From positions 3,091 to 67,090 of the forward strand of contig JANYDY010000012.1 of assembly GCA_025363435.1 (NCBI GenBank): DNA of 64,000 bases. The letters run 5' to 3'. The translations under genes and the position numbers were made by a program. Shown piece by piece: positions 24,495 through 34,858 of this stretch (position 1 is the stretch's first letter; each line of letters begins with the position of its first letter). The notes beneath the pieces were generated by a model, which ran no database searches, had not been told where the DNA came from, and worked only from the letters and a program-made list of their open reading frames with translations. Origin of the DNA: Betaproteobacteria bacterium (lineage in GTDB: Bacteria > Pseudomonadota > Gammaproteobacteria > Burkholderiales > SG8-41).

Positions 24495-27400
24495 TTGGTT
24501 TTACCCGCCTTGTCGCTTTTATCCAGTTCCGCCGCTTGCGCGGAATCCAGCTTCACCATCTGCGGGTCACTCCAGGTGCCGGTCACACTGTATTCGTAGG
24601 CGGCCATCTGGTTGATCGGGTCTTTCAACAATTTCTGCGCCACGAACGCAGCAATGCCGGCAATCGGCCCGGCGACGAATGCGCCGGCGACCGACAGGCT
24701 GTCCGACACGCTGGGGAAAACCTTGACGCGCAGTTTCTGCGTTTCCGCATTCAAGTCGACATCACCGCTCATCAGTATGCGCACCGCCGGCCCCTGTATG
24801 CGCAGGTTCTCGGTATTAGCAATGCCGCGATTGACCTTGACCGCGCCAACGATTTCGTCGAACGCGAGGCCCTCGGTGAAGATATCGCGAAAATCAAGCG
24901 ACAAACGGCGCGGCAGCGATTGCAGGCTGAGGATGCCAAGCAATTTGCCGACACCCGGATCGAGTTTGACGAACTGCCCCTTGTTTGCTTCAACAACGAA
25001 ATTTCCGGACAGGCTCGCATAGTCGATTTCACCGGGATTACCGGCCCACGACAGCGGCCCCTCGAGTTTCGCCGTGCCGCGGCGCACCCCCTCGGGGTAA
25101 CCCATGCGCACCAGAAATTTACCGATATCGTTGACGTCGAGTTTGACATTCATCATGGTGCGCGGCTGGCTCAGCCAGCCCTGCCATGAGCCCTCTGCCT
25201 GCATGGTTGCGTCCGGATTAACGACGCGCAAACGCTCGATCTTCCAGTCGCGGCCGTCGGGGAGCGCAATCAATTCGAGTTTGCCCAAACTGGTCTGCCC
25301 CAATTGAAACTGCTCGGCAACGATATCGAGCGCCGGCGGTTCGGCCGGCGGCTCCTTGTCAACAACGGCGGCCTGGCGCGGCGCGGTGGACGGCGGTATC
25401 ACCAGATTTTTCAGGCGCGCGGTTATTTTGCCGCGGCCCTGCGAACGCCAGCCGATATCGCCGTTGAACTCGCGGCCAGCCACCGCAGTCTGCCAGTTGC
25501 CGCCCTGCACGGTACCGGTAACGGCAAGTTCATTGAAATTGCGTCCCATTATTTTAAGCGCACCGAACTTGAGATCGAGTCCGGCGACATCGATTTGCGC
25601 GTTGCCCGCCGGCGTGCCTTTGGTCAACGCCAGCCACTGATCGAGATCGATCTGTTTGAACCCGCCGGTAATCCACACGCCGCGCCGCTCGGTCTCAACG
25701 GCACTGCTGCCGAAGCTGACGGTGCCGCGCTCAAATATCGACTTGGCGCCTTCGCGCCGGCGCTGCAACTGCGCCGAGACGATATTGCCGACCGAGAAGT
25801 TGAGACGATCCTGCTGCGCGCTGGTGACGATGCGTTCCACCTTCAAAGGCATCGTATCGGCGGCAGTTTTTGTAAACGGCGCCGGCAGGCTGGAGGCAAC
25901 ACCCTGCAGCGACGATTCGAGTATGAGATCGGCAAACTGTTTGCGCAGCGTGATGGATGCCTTCCAGTCCGTTGTGCCGTTGAGCGACTGCGCAAAAAAA
26001 GAACTGGTGGTGCGCCGGAAATTGTCCATGTTGACGCGCCCGGCAAGGTTGATGCGTGTGCCGTCGCGCTGCGTCGCCGCGTTGATGCTGGCCGGCCCGC
26101 CAAGCACATTGAGCGTGCCGTTCGAGACACGCAAACCGGTTTCGGTGAATTCCAGCCTGGCGTTCACCTGGTCTGTCGCCGGGAAAAAAGCTTCGGCACT
26201 TTCAATTGAATTATTGATGAACTGATAAACCCCGGAGACTTTAGTTTCGCGCGCATTGCTCAGCGGAATCGACAACTTGAGCGCCAGCTTGCCCGCCCCC
26301 TCGGCGCGCATGCCGTTCGTAAAATGGTCGATCATGACGCCGACCGGACTCTTCTCGATGAAAGTAAAAAATTCCGAGGTCGGGCCTTCGGCGTCGCCGC
26401 TTACCGTCAGCGTGCGCGGCGCGGTAAACACGTCGGCAATTTCGGCGCGCACACGGGCGATCTTTGTGCCGAGTATCGTGCCTTCACGCGCAACAATATC
26501 CATGCGCCGTCCGCGGAAGGTAACATCGCCATCGAGATTTTCGATGCGCGGCCAGTTGCTGTTGAATTCAAGCACACCGGCGGTGACATGCGCGGTGACT
26601 TCAAACAGGCCGCCGCGCCCTTCGGCAAACGGAAATTCGTTCAAATTGCCGCGCAGGCGCAATTTGATCTCCCTCGAGGTGCCGCCGAGAAGCGCGGAGG
26701 CCAGCCACTGGCGCGGCGTGTCGGGCATCTGCAACGGCAGGTAGCGCAAAACGCCGCGCGCGTCGGCGCGCGTCAGGGTGCCGGAAATATCGGCGTTGCC
26801 GCGACCTTCGGCGGCGGTCTGATAACTGCCCGACACGCTGCCCGACACGTCGGCATTCGAAAATGCCACGGTATTAAGCTTGATATCGTATTGCGCACCG
26901 TTACGCTGCCAGCCGACCTGCGCGGTCAGCACGTCAAACAAAAGTTTTTCAGCGAACAACGCCGGCAGTTCAACTGCGGCGCTCTGCGTATTCAGGTAGA
27001 GCGTGCCGCCCTTCTCGTTGCCGTCGATCTGTCCGCTCACACCCTGGAAGCCGGGTTTGCGCCCGACTGCATTGAGGCCGAGATTGACGAAGCGCGACTT
27101 CACGCTGTACTGCTCGGGTTGCGGCCACTCGCCGTTCCATTTGATCGCGACATCGTAAAGGCTGCCGCGCGGCGCGTACCTGTCGAGTTCGCGGCGCAGT
27201 TCGGCATTGAACGGCAGGTTGTCGGCAAACGCCACCAGCGGTTCGAAATCAAGCGCATTGACCTGCAATTCGCCGCGCGGCGCCTTGCCGTCGGCGCCGC
27301 GGCGATAACGCAGCAACAGATCCATCGGTTGCAGGGTCAGCGCGTTGGCCGACATGCCGAGCTTGGAAGTGGTGACTTCAAAACCGTCGGCGGTCTGCTT

Positions 27401-28333
27401 CCAGCCGACACGCCCTTTTAATTCATCGAGCTGCAACTCGCGCACATCGAGGCCGAGGCGCGTTTTGACCCGGGCAATCTGCACGTCGGCGGTAAGTTCC
27501 GACGGCTCGCCGTTGGCGAGCGCCGCCCACACCCGCACCGCACCGGCGCCGTGCGGAAAATAGACCGGAAAATCGATCCACGCCCGCCACGCCGCGATAT
27601 CGGTGTAATCGAGCTGGACAAAAATCTGGCCGTTCCACTGCGCCAGGGCTTCGACCGTGCGACCACTCAGATCGCCGCGGATATCAAGCGGGGTGGCAAT
27701 TTTTTCCGGTGGCACCGCGCGCAGGCCGAAGCGGTGATGCGAGCCGAAATTCTCCAGCCGGAAATCGACGCTGGTCAGCGCCAGCACCGGCGCCTGGCGC
27801 AATTCGTCGCGCCACTTGATGGTGGCGCCGTGGATGGTGATTTCATCCTGGCGCAGCAGCCAGTCGGAGAGGCCGCCGCCGTCAACGCTTTTGCTTAACT
27901 CGATGCCGGCAACCGACAGTGCTCCGCGCGCATCGCGGCGGATTTCGAGATCCGGCCCGTCGATACCGATCTGGTCGAAGCGCGGCTCCCAGTACACCAG
28001 CGACCACCACGACAGCACGCTGTTGACGCGTTCGAGCTTGAGCGCCGGCTGGCCTGCCTTATCGAACAGAGCGAGATTATTCAGCGTAAGCTGAAGGTTG
28101 ACGCCGCTCCAGCGCCCCTCGAGCTTGCCGATGGTGACGTGCTGACCGATGGCCGCACTCAGATTGCGTGCGATCGGCTCGCGGTAATTCTCGATATTCG
28201 GTAAAAACCAGAAACGCGCGGCGCAAATGATCAGGGCGAAGACAAAACTCAGGATCAGCAGGGCCCAGCTCACCACGCGGTAAGCCCACAGCGAACTGAT
28301 CCCCAGCCACCTGAAAATTGATATGCCCGGCAC
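24491..28333 (-). CDS. yhdP: YhdP-family (AsmA-like) large envelope-spanning protein
   Basis: 1280-aa ORF with a single N-terminal TM segment (VVSWALLILSFVFALIICAARF) followed by a long beta-rich body. Classical position divergent from glnE and upstream of tldD. Confidence 0.85.
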   Translation of the reverse strand: MPGISIFRWLGISSLWAYRVVSWALLILSFVFALIICAARFWFLPNIENYREPIARNLSAAIGQHVTIGKLEGRWSGVNLQLTLNNLALFDKAGQPALKLERVNSVLSWWSLVYWEPRFDQIGIDGPDLEIRRDARGALSVAGIELSKSVDGGGLSDWLLRQDEITIHGATIKWRDELRQAPVLALTSVDFRLENFGSHHRFGLRAVPPEKIATPLDIRGDLSGRTVEALAQWNGQIFVQLDYTDIAAWRAWIDFPVYFPHGAGAVRVWAALANGEPSELTADVQIARVKTRLGLDVRELQLDELKGRVGWKQTADGFEVTTSKLGMSANALTLQPMDLLLRYRRGADGKAPRGELQVNALDFEPLVAFADNLPFNAELRRELDRYAPRGSLYDVAIKWNGEWPQPEQYSVKSRFVNLGLNAVGRKPGFQGVSGQIDGNEKGGTLYLNTQSAAVELPALFAEKLLFDVLTAQVGWQRNGAQYDIKLNTVAFSNADVSGSVSGSYQTAAEGRGNADISGTLTRADARGVLRYLPLQMPDTPRQWLASALLGGTSREIKLRLRGNLNEFPFAEGRGGLFEVTAHVTAGVLEFNSNWPRIENLDGDVTFRGRRMDIVAREGTILGTKIARVRAEIADVFTAPRTLTVSGDAEGPTSEFFTFIEKSPVGVMIDHFTNGMRAEGAGKLALKLSIPLSNARETKVSGVYQFINNSIESAEAFFPATDQVNARLEFTETGLRVSNGTLNVLGGPASINAATQRDGTRINLAGRVNMDNFRRTTSSFFAQSLNGTTDWKASITLRKQFADLILESSLQGVASSLPAPFTKTAADTMPLKVERIVTSAQQDRLNFSVGNIVSAQLQRRREGAKSIFERGTVSFGSSAVETERRGVWITGGFKQIDLDQWLALTKGTPAGNAQIDVAGLDLKFGALKIMGRNFNELAVTGTVQGGNWQTAVAGREFNGDIGWRSQGRGKITARLKNLVIPPSTAPRQAAVVDKEPPAEPPALDIVAEQFQLGQTSLGKLELIALPDGRDWKIERLRVVNPDATMQAEGSWQGWLSQPRTMMNVKLDVNDIGKFLVRMGYPEGVRRGTAKLEGPLSWAGNPGEIDYASLSGNFVVEANKGQFVKLDPGVGKLLGILSLQSLPRRLSLDFRDIFTEGLAFDEIVGAVKVNRGIANTENLRIQGPAVRILMSGDVDLNAETQKLRVKVFPSVSDSLSVAGAFVAGPIAGIAAFVAQKLLKDPINQMAAYEYSVTGTWSDPQMVKLDSAQAAELDKSDKAGKTK

Positions 28334-28397
28334 GGTGCGCGCTAGAATCCGGAAAGTTGAGGCAACATAATGATTTATTTCCTGATTGTAACCTGAA

Positions 28398-31124
28398 ATG
28401 TCTGCTTATAACGGCTCAGACGCAAGCGGCGATGACAGCCCGGTAGCACGTGCACGTGCGCTTTCGCGCTACGCCCGCCGCCTGCTTGACGCCGAACCGC
28501 AGTTATTAACGGCGGCGGCTATCGCAGCACCGATAGCCCGCGCCGGCATGCTGGCGCGGCTCGCCGCCGGCAGCAGCGATGACGCAGCACTCATGCAGGC
28601 ACTGCGCGGGCTGCGCAAGCACGTCATGCTGCGCCTGATCGCACGCGATCTTGGCGGACTCGCCAGCCTCGACGAAGTCGTCAGCACGATGTCTGCGCTT
28701 GCGGAAATCGCCATCGAACACGCCGTCGCCCATCTCGAAAAAGAGCTGAGCGCGCAATACGGCGCGCCGCTCGGCGCCGACAGCGGTCTCGTTCAGCATT
28801 TGCACGTGATCGGCATGGGCAAACTCGGCGGCAATGAACTCAATGTCTCATCCGACATCGACCTGGTGTTCGCCTACCCCGAGGACGGCGAAACGCAAGG
28901 CGCGCGGCCGCTATCAAATCACGAATTCTTCGTGCGTTTGGGGCGCCGCCTGATCACCATACTCAACGAAATCACCGCTGACGGATTCGTCTTTCGCGTC
29001 GATATGCGTCTGCGGCCGCTCGGCGCCGAAGGTCCGCTCGCCTGCAGTTTTGCCATGCTCGAAAACTATTTCATCACGCAGGGCCGCGAATGGGAGCGTT
29101 ACGCCTGGATCAAGGGGCGCGTGGTCTGCGGCGATCGCGCGGCCGAGCTGGCAGCGGTGGCCAGCCCCTTTGTGTTTCGCCGCCACCTCGATTACAGCGC
29201 CTTCGAATCGCTGCGCGATCTGCACCAGCAGGTGCGCCGCGAGGTCGAACGGCGCGACATGCAGGACAACATCAAACTCGGTCCCGGCGGCATCCGCGAA
29301 GTCGAATTCATCGCGCAGTTGTTTCAACTGGTGCGCGGCGGGCAGGACAACGCGCTACGCACCATGAACACGCTGGCCGTGCTGCCGCTGATCGCGGAGC
29401 GCAATCTGCTGCCGGCGGCCGCGGTCACGGAATTGATGCAGGCCTATGTCTACCTGCGCAACCTCGAACACCGGCTGCAATATCTCGACGACAAACAAAC
29501 GCAGGCGCTGCCGCAAAACGCCGACGATCAGGCGCTCATCGCCGCCAGCATGAACGCGGCCGACTACGCGGCGATGCTGCACGAACTCGACCGCCACCGC
29601 ACCGCGGTCACGCGGCATTTCGACGGCATATTCGTCGACGCGAAGAGCGACGAACATCCACTGGCCTCGCTGTGGCACGCCGGCGATGACGAGGCGGGAG
29701 GTGAAGCGCAGATCGACAAACTGCGCACGCTGGGTTTGGCCGATCCGGCGCGCGCGTTCGCCGCGATTACCACTCTGCGCAACAGCAGCCGCGTGCGCCA
29801 GATGCCCGAGGCGAGCCACGCCCGCCTGTCGCGCCTCGTACCGCTGGTCGTTGAGCAGTCGGCAAAACACGCCAATCCCGACGTCACGCTCGAGCGCATG
29901 CTGCGTCTGATCGAAAGCATCAGCCGCCGCGAATCCTATCTCGCGCTGTTGCTGCAATATCCGCAAACCATCGCGCGCGGCGGCGCACTCGCGAGCGCCA
30001 GCCCGTGGGCCGCCGATTACCTTGCGCAACACCCTATCCTGCTCGACGAACTGCTCGACACACGCAACCTGCACGCCGAACCCGACTGGCCGAAACTTGA
30101 AGCCCTGCTTGCGCGCCAGGTATCGGAAGCGGGCGACGACCGCGAGCGGCAAATGGACGCGCTGCGCCATTTCAAACACGCACAAACGCTGCACCTGCTG
30201 GCGCAGGATCTCGGCGGCGAAATGACGCTTGAGCGTTTGTCCGATCATCTCAGTGCGCTCGCCGACCTGATACTCGCCGCAACACTGCGCCTGACCTGGC
30301 GCGACGTGCGCGGGCGCCACTGCGAGGAACCGCGCTTTATCATCGTCGCCTACGGCAAACTCGGCGGCAAGGAACTGGGGTACGCCTCCGACCTCGATCT
30401 GATTTTTCTGCACCAGGACACCGCGCCTGAAGCCGCTGTCAATTACGCACGCCTGGCGCAACGCATGAACAGCGCGCTGTCGAGCGTGACGGCAGCCGGC
30501 GTGCTCTATGAAACCGATCTGCGCCTGCGCCCCGACGGCGCCAGCGGCCTGCTGGTCAGCCCGATTGAAGGCTTTGCTGCTTACCAGCGTGAGCATGCCT
30601 GGGTGTGGGAACACCAGGCGCTGACGCGCGCGCGCTTTGTCGCCGGCGACCGCGAACTTGGCGCGGCATTCGAAACCGTGCGCGCAGAAATACTCTGCCG
30701 CCAACGCGATCCCGTCTCGCTGCGCACGGAAATCGTTTTAATGCGGCAGAAAATGTTCGACGCGCACCCGAACAACAGCGGCAGCTTCGACATCAAGCAC
30801 GACCGCGGCGGCATTATCGACGTCGAGTTTATCGTGCAGTACCTGGTGCTCGGTTTCGCCCACCAATACTCCGTGTTGACCGACAATATCGGCAATCTGG
30901 CGCTGCTGAAGCGCGCTGCCTCGCTCGGCTTGATTGAGAAAAGCGCAGCGCAGGCGGTGCATGATGCCTACCGGCGGTTCCGCCAGTTGCAGCACGCGCT
31001 GCGTTTGCAGGGCGACCGTTATGCGCGCATCGATCCCGCCGACGCCGGACTGAGCACCGAGATTGTTGCGGTACAAGGATTGTGGAACCAGGTGCTCGGT
31101 GCGAGCGCGCAAACCGGCAATTGA
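28398..31124 (+). CDS. glnE: Bifunctional glutamine synthetase adenylyltransferase/adenylyl-removing enzyme
   Basis: 908-aa ORF with two nucleotidyltransferase modules (GMGKLGGNELNVSSDIDLVF and AYGKLGGKELGYASDLDLIFL). Confidence 0.95.
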   Translation: MSAYNGSDASGDDSPVARARALSRYARRLLDAEPQLLTAAAIAAPIARAGMLARLAAGSSDDAALMQALRGLRKHVMLRLIARDLGGLASLDEVVSTMSALAEIAIEHAVAHLEKELSAQYGAPLGADSGLVQHLHVIGMGKLGGNELNVSSDIDLVFAYPEDGETQGARPLSNHEFFVRLGRRLITILNEITADGFVFRVDMRLRPLGAEGPLACSFAMLENYFITQGREWERYAWIKGRVVCGDRAAELAAVASPFVFRRHLDYSAFESLRDLHQQVRREVERRDMQDNIKLGPGGIREVEFIAQLFQLVRGGQDNALRTMNTLAVLPLIAERNLLPAAAVTELMQAYVYLRNLEHRLQYLDDKQTQALPQNADDQALIAASMNAADYAAMLHELDRHRTAVTRHFDGIFVDAKSDEHPLASLWHAGDDEAGGEAQIDKLRTLGLADPARAFAAITTLRNSSRVRQMPEASHARLSRLVPLVVEQSAKHANPDVTLERMLRLIESISRRESYLALLLQYPQTIARGGALASASPWAADYLAQHPILLDELLDTRNLHAEPDWPKLEALLARQVSEAGDDRERQMDALRHFKHAQTLHLLAQDLGGEMTLERLSDHLSALADLILAATLRLTWRDVRGRHCEEPRFIIVAYGKLGGKELGYASDLDLIFLHQDTAPEAAVNYARLAQRMNSALSSVTAAGVLYETDLRLRPDGASGLLVSPIEGFAAYQREHAWVWEHQALTRARFVAGDRELGAAFETVRAEILCRQRDPVSLRTEIVLMRQKMFDAHPNNSGSFDIKHDRGGIIDVEFIVQYLVLGFAHQYSVLTDNIGNLALLKRAASLGLIEKSAAQAVHDAYRRFRQLQHALRLQGDRYARIDPADAGLSTEIVAVQGLWNQVLGASAQTGN

Positions 31125-31127
31125 AAA

Positions 31128-32399
31128 TTACGGATTGAGCGGCCCGAGCAGGCGATAAGCGGTGATTTCGCGTTGTCCCTTGACCTTCAGCGGCTCTGGA
31201 CCCTCGAAAATGTACAACCCGCGCAAGCGACGATAGGTGGTCACGTCCACCAGAATACCGCCAGTGGTCGCTTCCGTCGTCAGCCGGCTGGCGATGTTGA
31301 CGGTATTGCCCCACAGATCATAAATAAATTTGCGCACGCCGATCACACCGGCGGCAGCCGGCCCGGTGCCGATGCCGATATGCATGCCGAGTGGCTCGCC
31401 GTTGCGCGTTCTGCGTTTGGCGATACCCTCGCGGATATCGATCGCCATTTGCGCAATCGCCTCGGTGTACTGCGTGCTGTGATCGTGCAGCCCGCCGGCC
31501 ACCATATAGGCGTCGCCGATGGTTTTGATTTTTTCGAGCCCGTACTGATCAGCCAGATTGTCGAACCAGGAAAACAGCTCGTTCAACATTTCGAGCATTT
31601 CACGCGGCGGCATTTCCTCGGCGAGGCGCGTGAAATCGGTAAGGTCGGCGAACATCACGGTACAATCGGCAAGACTGTCGGCAATCAGCCCCTGTTCGTG
31701 CTTGAGGCGTTCGGCGATATGGCCGGGCAGAACGTTAAGCAGCAGGCGCTCGGACCGCTGCTGTTCGGTCTGCAACATCGTATGTTCGATGTCGAGCGCG
31801 TGTTTCAGGCGGTCTTTCTCGCGCACGAAGTAGACCACCAGCAGATAGACGATGGTCGACATAGCGGCAAAATTAAGCACGAAGAACACCGCGATGGTCT
31901 GCAGCGGCAGACCGGTCTGCTTGTCGGCGCCGTAGGCAAGGTAGTAATCAAAGAAGCCCGACACCGCGGTCATTACGATGTAGGCAAAAAACCACGGGAT
32001 CGATTCCTTCGGCCCCTGAAAAATCATCACCCCGATCGGCGCCAGCAGCGCCCATAGCATGACGCCGGAGGACGTGACGTAACTGCCGATCGACCATTGC
32101 ATGATGAACGGCACAAACAGGTAGAGGCAGGTCTGCGCGAAGCGGAAAAACTCGAAATTGAGTTTCCAGATGTAGATGCCAAGCGTGGTCGCCGAGACAG
32201 CCATATACACCAGCGGCACGGTGGCCGAATACTTGATGCCCATCGCCTGGTAAATCACCAGCCACAGCATCGACGCCGAGCCCATCAGACCGCAGGCGAA
32301 AATCAGCAGGGTCTTGTGCAGCCTCTCTTCGTCGCTGTCATTGGGACCGATAATGCGCGCGGTAATCTTGCCAAGCAATTTGTCAGCGGCGGCAAACAT
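31128..32399 (-). CDS. Membrane-bound class III adenylate cyclase (6 TM + CHD catalytic domain)
   Basis: 423-aa ORF. Metal Asp pair (MFADLTDFT), the adenine-specifying Lys (EKIKTIGDAYM) and Asp (IYDLWGNTVNIASR), plus the Asn/Arg transition-state residues, are all present in one chain. Confidence 0.9.
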   Translation of the reverse strand: MFAAADKLLGKITARIIGPNDSDEERLHKTLLIFACGLMGSASMLWLVIYQAMGIKYSATVPLVYMAVSATTLGIYIWKLNFEFFRFAQTCLYLFVPFIMQWSIGSYVTSSGVMLWALLAPIGVMIFQGPKESIPWFFAYIVMTAVSGFFDYYLAYGADKQTGLPLQTIAVFFVLNFAAMSTIVYLLVVYFVREKDRLKHALDIEHTMLQTEQQRSERLLLNVLPGHIAERLKHEQGLIADSLADCTVMFADLTDFTRLAEEMPPREMLEMLNELFSWFDNLADQYGLEKIKTIGDAYMVAGGLHDHSTQYTEAIAQMAIDIREGIAKRRTRNGEPLGMHIGIGTGPAAAGVIGVRKFIYDLWGNTVNIASRLTTEATTGGILVDVTTYRRLRGLYIFEGPEPLKVKGQREITAYRLLGPLNP

Positions 32400-32630
32400 C
32401 AGCGGAAAATTCCCGATCTCGGTTATGGAAAAACTTCAATTTCGACGGCAGGCAGGCCGTTTCGAGCGCATGCAGTTCTGCAGGGGCTGATGCCTGCGGA
32501 AAGGCGATGTTACATCAATCAATAACGGGGTCAAGGAAACACGAATCAGTACAACGGCGCCCGCGGGACGGCGGCAGGAGAAATACGCTAAAATTGCGTT
32601 TTCCAATTTAATTTTTAGGAGTAACCGGCG

Positions 32631-33557
32631 ATGTCGATGGCGGACCGCGACGGGCACATCTGGTACGACGGCAAACTGGTGCCCTGGCGCAGCGCGAACA
32701 CCCACGTGCTGACGCATTCGCTGCACTACGGCCTGGCGGTATTCGAAGGGCTGCGCGCCTACAAAACAGACAGCGGCACGGCAATTTTCCGCTTGAAGGA
32801 ACACACCGATCGCCTCTTCAACTCAGCGCACATCTACATGATGAAGATCCCGTATGACCGGGAAACGCTGATGGCTGCGCACAAGGAAGTGGTGCGCGCG
32901 AACGAGCTTGAATCCTGCTATATACGCCCGATCGCATTCTACGGTTCCGAAAAAATGGGCGTCTCGCCGAAGGGCGCGAGCGTACACGTGGCGATTGCGG
33001 CGTGGCCGTGGGGCGCCTACCTCGGGCCGGAAGCGCTGGAAAAAGGCATTCGCGTCAAAACGTCGTCATATGCACGCCATCACGTCAACGTCTCGATGTG
33101 CCGCGCTAAATATTCCGGCACTTACGCCAATTCGATCCTCGCCAATCTCGAAGCAACCGAACACGGCTACGATGAAGGGTTGCTGCTCGACGTCGACGGT
33201 TTTGTCGCCGAAGGTTCGGGCGAAAATTTGTTCATGATCAAGGATGGCAAAATTTACGAACCAGAGTTGACCAGCGCGCTGATCGGCATCACGCGCGGTT
33301 CGGTGATCACGCTGGCCGAAGAAATGGGTTACCAGGTTGCAGCGCGTCGCATCACGCGTGATGATCTGTATATCGCCGACGAAGCGTTTTTCACCGGCAC
33401 TGCCGCTGAAGTGACGCCGATCCGCGAAGTCGACGGCCGCATGATCGGCAGCGGCAAAATCGGCCCGATCACGGCAAAGCTGCAAAAAGCATTCTTTGAC
33501 GTCGTCAACGGCAAGAACAGCAAATACAGCAACTGGCTGGCGCCGGTCGCAAAGTGA
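32631..33557 (+). CDS. ilvE: Branched-chain amino acid aminotransferase
   Basis: 308-aa ORF preceded by AGGAG. Fold-type IV PLP enzyme motifs (VFEGLRAY, EGSGENLF, GITR). Confidence 0.95.
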   Translation: MSMADRDGHIWYDGKLVPWRSANTHVLTHSLHYGLAVFEGLRAYKTDSGTAIFRLKEHTDRLFNSAHIYMMKIPYDRETLMAAHKEVVRANELESCYIRPIAFYGSEKMGVSPKGASVHVAIAAWPWGAYLGPEALEKGIRVKTSSYARHHVNVSMCRAKYSGTYANSILANLEATEHGYDEGLLLDVDGFVAEGSGENLFMIKDGKIYEPELTSALIGITRGSVITLAEEMGYQVAARRITRDDLYIADEAFFTGTAAEVTPIREVDGRMIGSGKIGPITAKLQKAFFDVVNGKNSKYSNWLAPVAK

Positions 33558-33564
33558 GCACGCC

Positions 33565-33771
33565 ATGAGCACACCGCAGACCGACAATACGCAACGCGCA
33601 ATCGAAGTCACCGCAGGCGATCTGCCGCTGCATTGCCCGACACCGGCGATGCCGTTGTGGAACGCGCATCCACGCGTGTTCTTGCCAATCGAAAAAACCG
33701 GCACGGCGTTGTGCCCGTATTGCGGCACGCATTACACACTTAAAGGCGGCGCCGGCGCCGCCCGTCACTGA
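33565..33771 (+). CDS. Small zinc-finger (zf-CHCC-type) protein
   Basis: ATG at 33565 (68 aa). Motifs LHCPTP ... CPYCGTHY. Commonly follows ilvE in betaproteobacteria, as far as I recall. Confidence 0.65.
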   Translation: MSTPQTDNTQRAIEVTAGDLPLHCPTPAMPLWNAHPRVFLPIEKTGTALCPYCGTHYTLKGGAGAARH

Positions 33772-33841
33772 TCGCCGGCTCCCGACCGGAAGGCCGGCCG
33801 GCCCTGCGTTCAGCGCCAACCGCGCCACCACGGCAAACGCC

Positions 33842-34858
33842 ATGACGGAGCCGCCGAAAATTCTGCTTGTCGCGCCGTCGTGGGTTGGCGACGCGGTACT
33901 CGCGCAACCGCTGCTGCGCCGCCTCAAAGCGCGCTATCCGGCGTCCGTTATTGATGTGCTCGCACCGCCGTGGACACGCGCCGTGTTCGAACGCATGCCC
34001 GAAGTCGCCGCCGTGCACGATCTGCCGTTCGCCCACGGCGAACTCGCAATCGGCAAACGCTACGCACTGGCGCGCCGGCTCGCGCAGCGCAACTACACGC
34101 AGGCTTTCGTATTGCCGAATTCGCTGAAGTCGGCGCTGATTCCGTTTCTTGCGCGCATTCCGCTGCGCACCGGTTATATCGGTGAAGCGCGCTGGGGCCT
34201 CATCAACGACGCGCGCAAACTCGACAAGCAGGCACTGCCGTTGATGATCGAACGCTTTGCCGCCCTCGCAGAAGATGCCGGCGCGCCGATCCGCGCGCTG
34301 GCTAACGTATCGCTGCGCATCGATCAAGCCGCGCGCGACGCCACGCTCGCCAGACTCGGTTTGCAGGCAACGCCGAAAATCGCCGTGCTCTGCCCGGGCG
34401 CCGAATACGGGCCGGCCAAACGCTGGCCGGTCGAATATTTCGGCGAACTGGCGCGGCGTTTCAGCGGCAATGGCTGGCAGGTGTGGATCGCCGGCTCGAC
34501 CAAAGACACTGCAGTCGGCGAGGAAATCGTCAAAAGCAGCGGCGGCAGATGCGTCAATCTGTGCGGAAGAACGACGCTGGCCGAAGCCATCGACCTGATG
34601 TCCTGCGCCGGCCACGTCGTCAGCAACGATTCGGGCTTGATGCACGTCGCCGCCGCACTCGACAAACCGTTGACCGCGCTCTACGGCTCGAGCAGCCCTG
34701 CTTTTACGCCCCCGCCCTCGGTGCGCGCGCACATAGTCAAAATCGATATTGACTGCAGCCCCTGCTTCAAGCGCGAGTGCCCGCTCGGCCATTTCAAATG
34801 CATGCGCGACCTTCTGCCCGACGCGGTGTGGCGTGAAGTTACGATGGCGCGCGCATGA
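33842..34858 (+). CDS. waaF: ADP-heptose:LPS heptosyltransferase II
   Basis: 338-aa ORF. Motifs KILLVAPSWVGDAVLAQP, and NDSGLMHVAAAL near the C-terminus. Confidence 0.9.
   Translation: MTEPPKILLVAPSWVGDAVLAQPLLRRLKARYPASVIDVLAPPWTRAVFERMPEVAAVHDLPFAHGELAIGKRYALARRLAQRNYTQAFVLPNSLKSALIPFLARIPLRTGYIGEARWGLINDARKLDKQALPLMIERFAALAEDAGAPIRALANVSLRIDQAARDATLARLGLQATPKIAVLCPGAEYGPAKRWPVEYFGELARRFSGNGWQVWIAGSTKDTAVGEEIVKSSGGRCVNLCGRTTLAEAIDLMSCAGHVVSNDSGLMHVAAALDKPLTALYGSSSPAFTPPPSVRAHIVKIDIDCSPCFKRECPLGHFKCMRDLLPDAVWREVTMARA

Noticed and set aside
25304-27421. Two long plus-strand ORFs (301 and 365 aa) opposite yhdP
   Set aside because: Both lie entirely within the 1280-aa yhdP frame, which is supported by synteny and overall YhdP-like architecture (single N-terminal TM segment, long beta-rich body). 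They are shadow ORFs.
29355-30704. 449-aa minus-strand ORF opposite glnE
   Set aside because: glnE carries two clear nucleotidyltransferase motifs in the plus frame. The antisense ORF has none.
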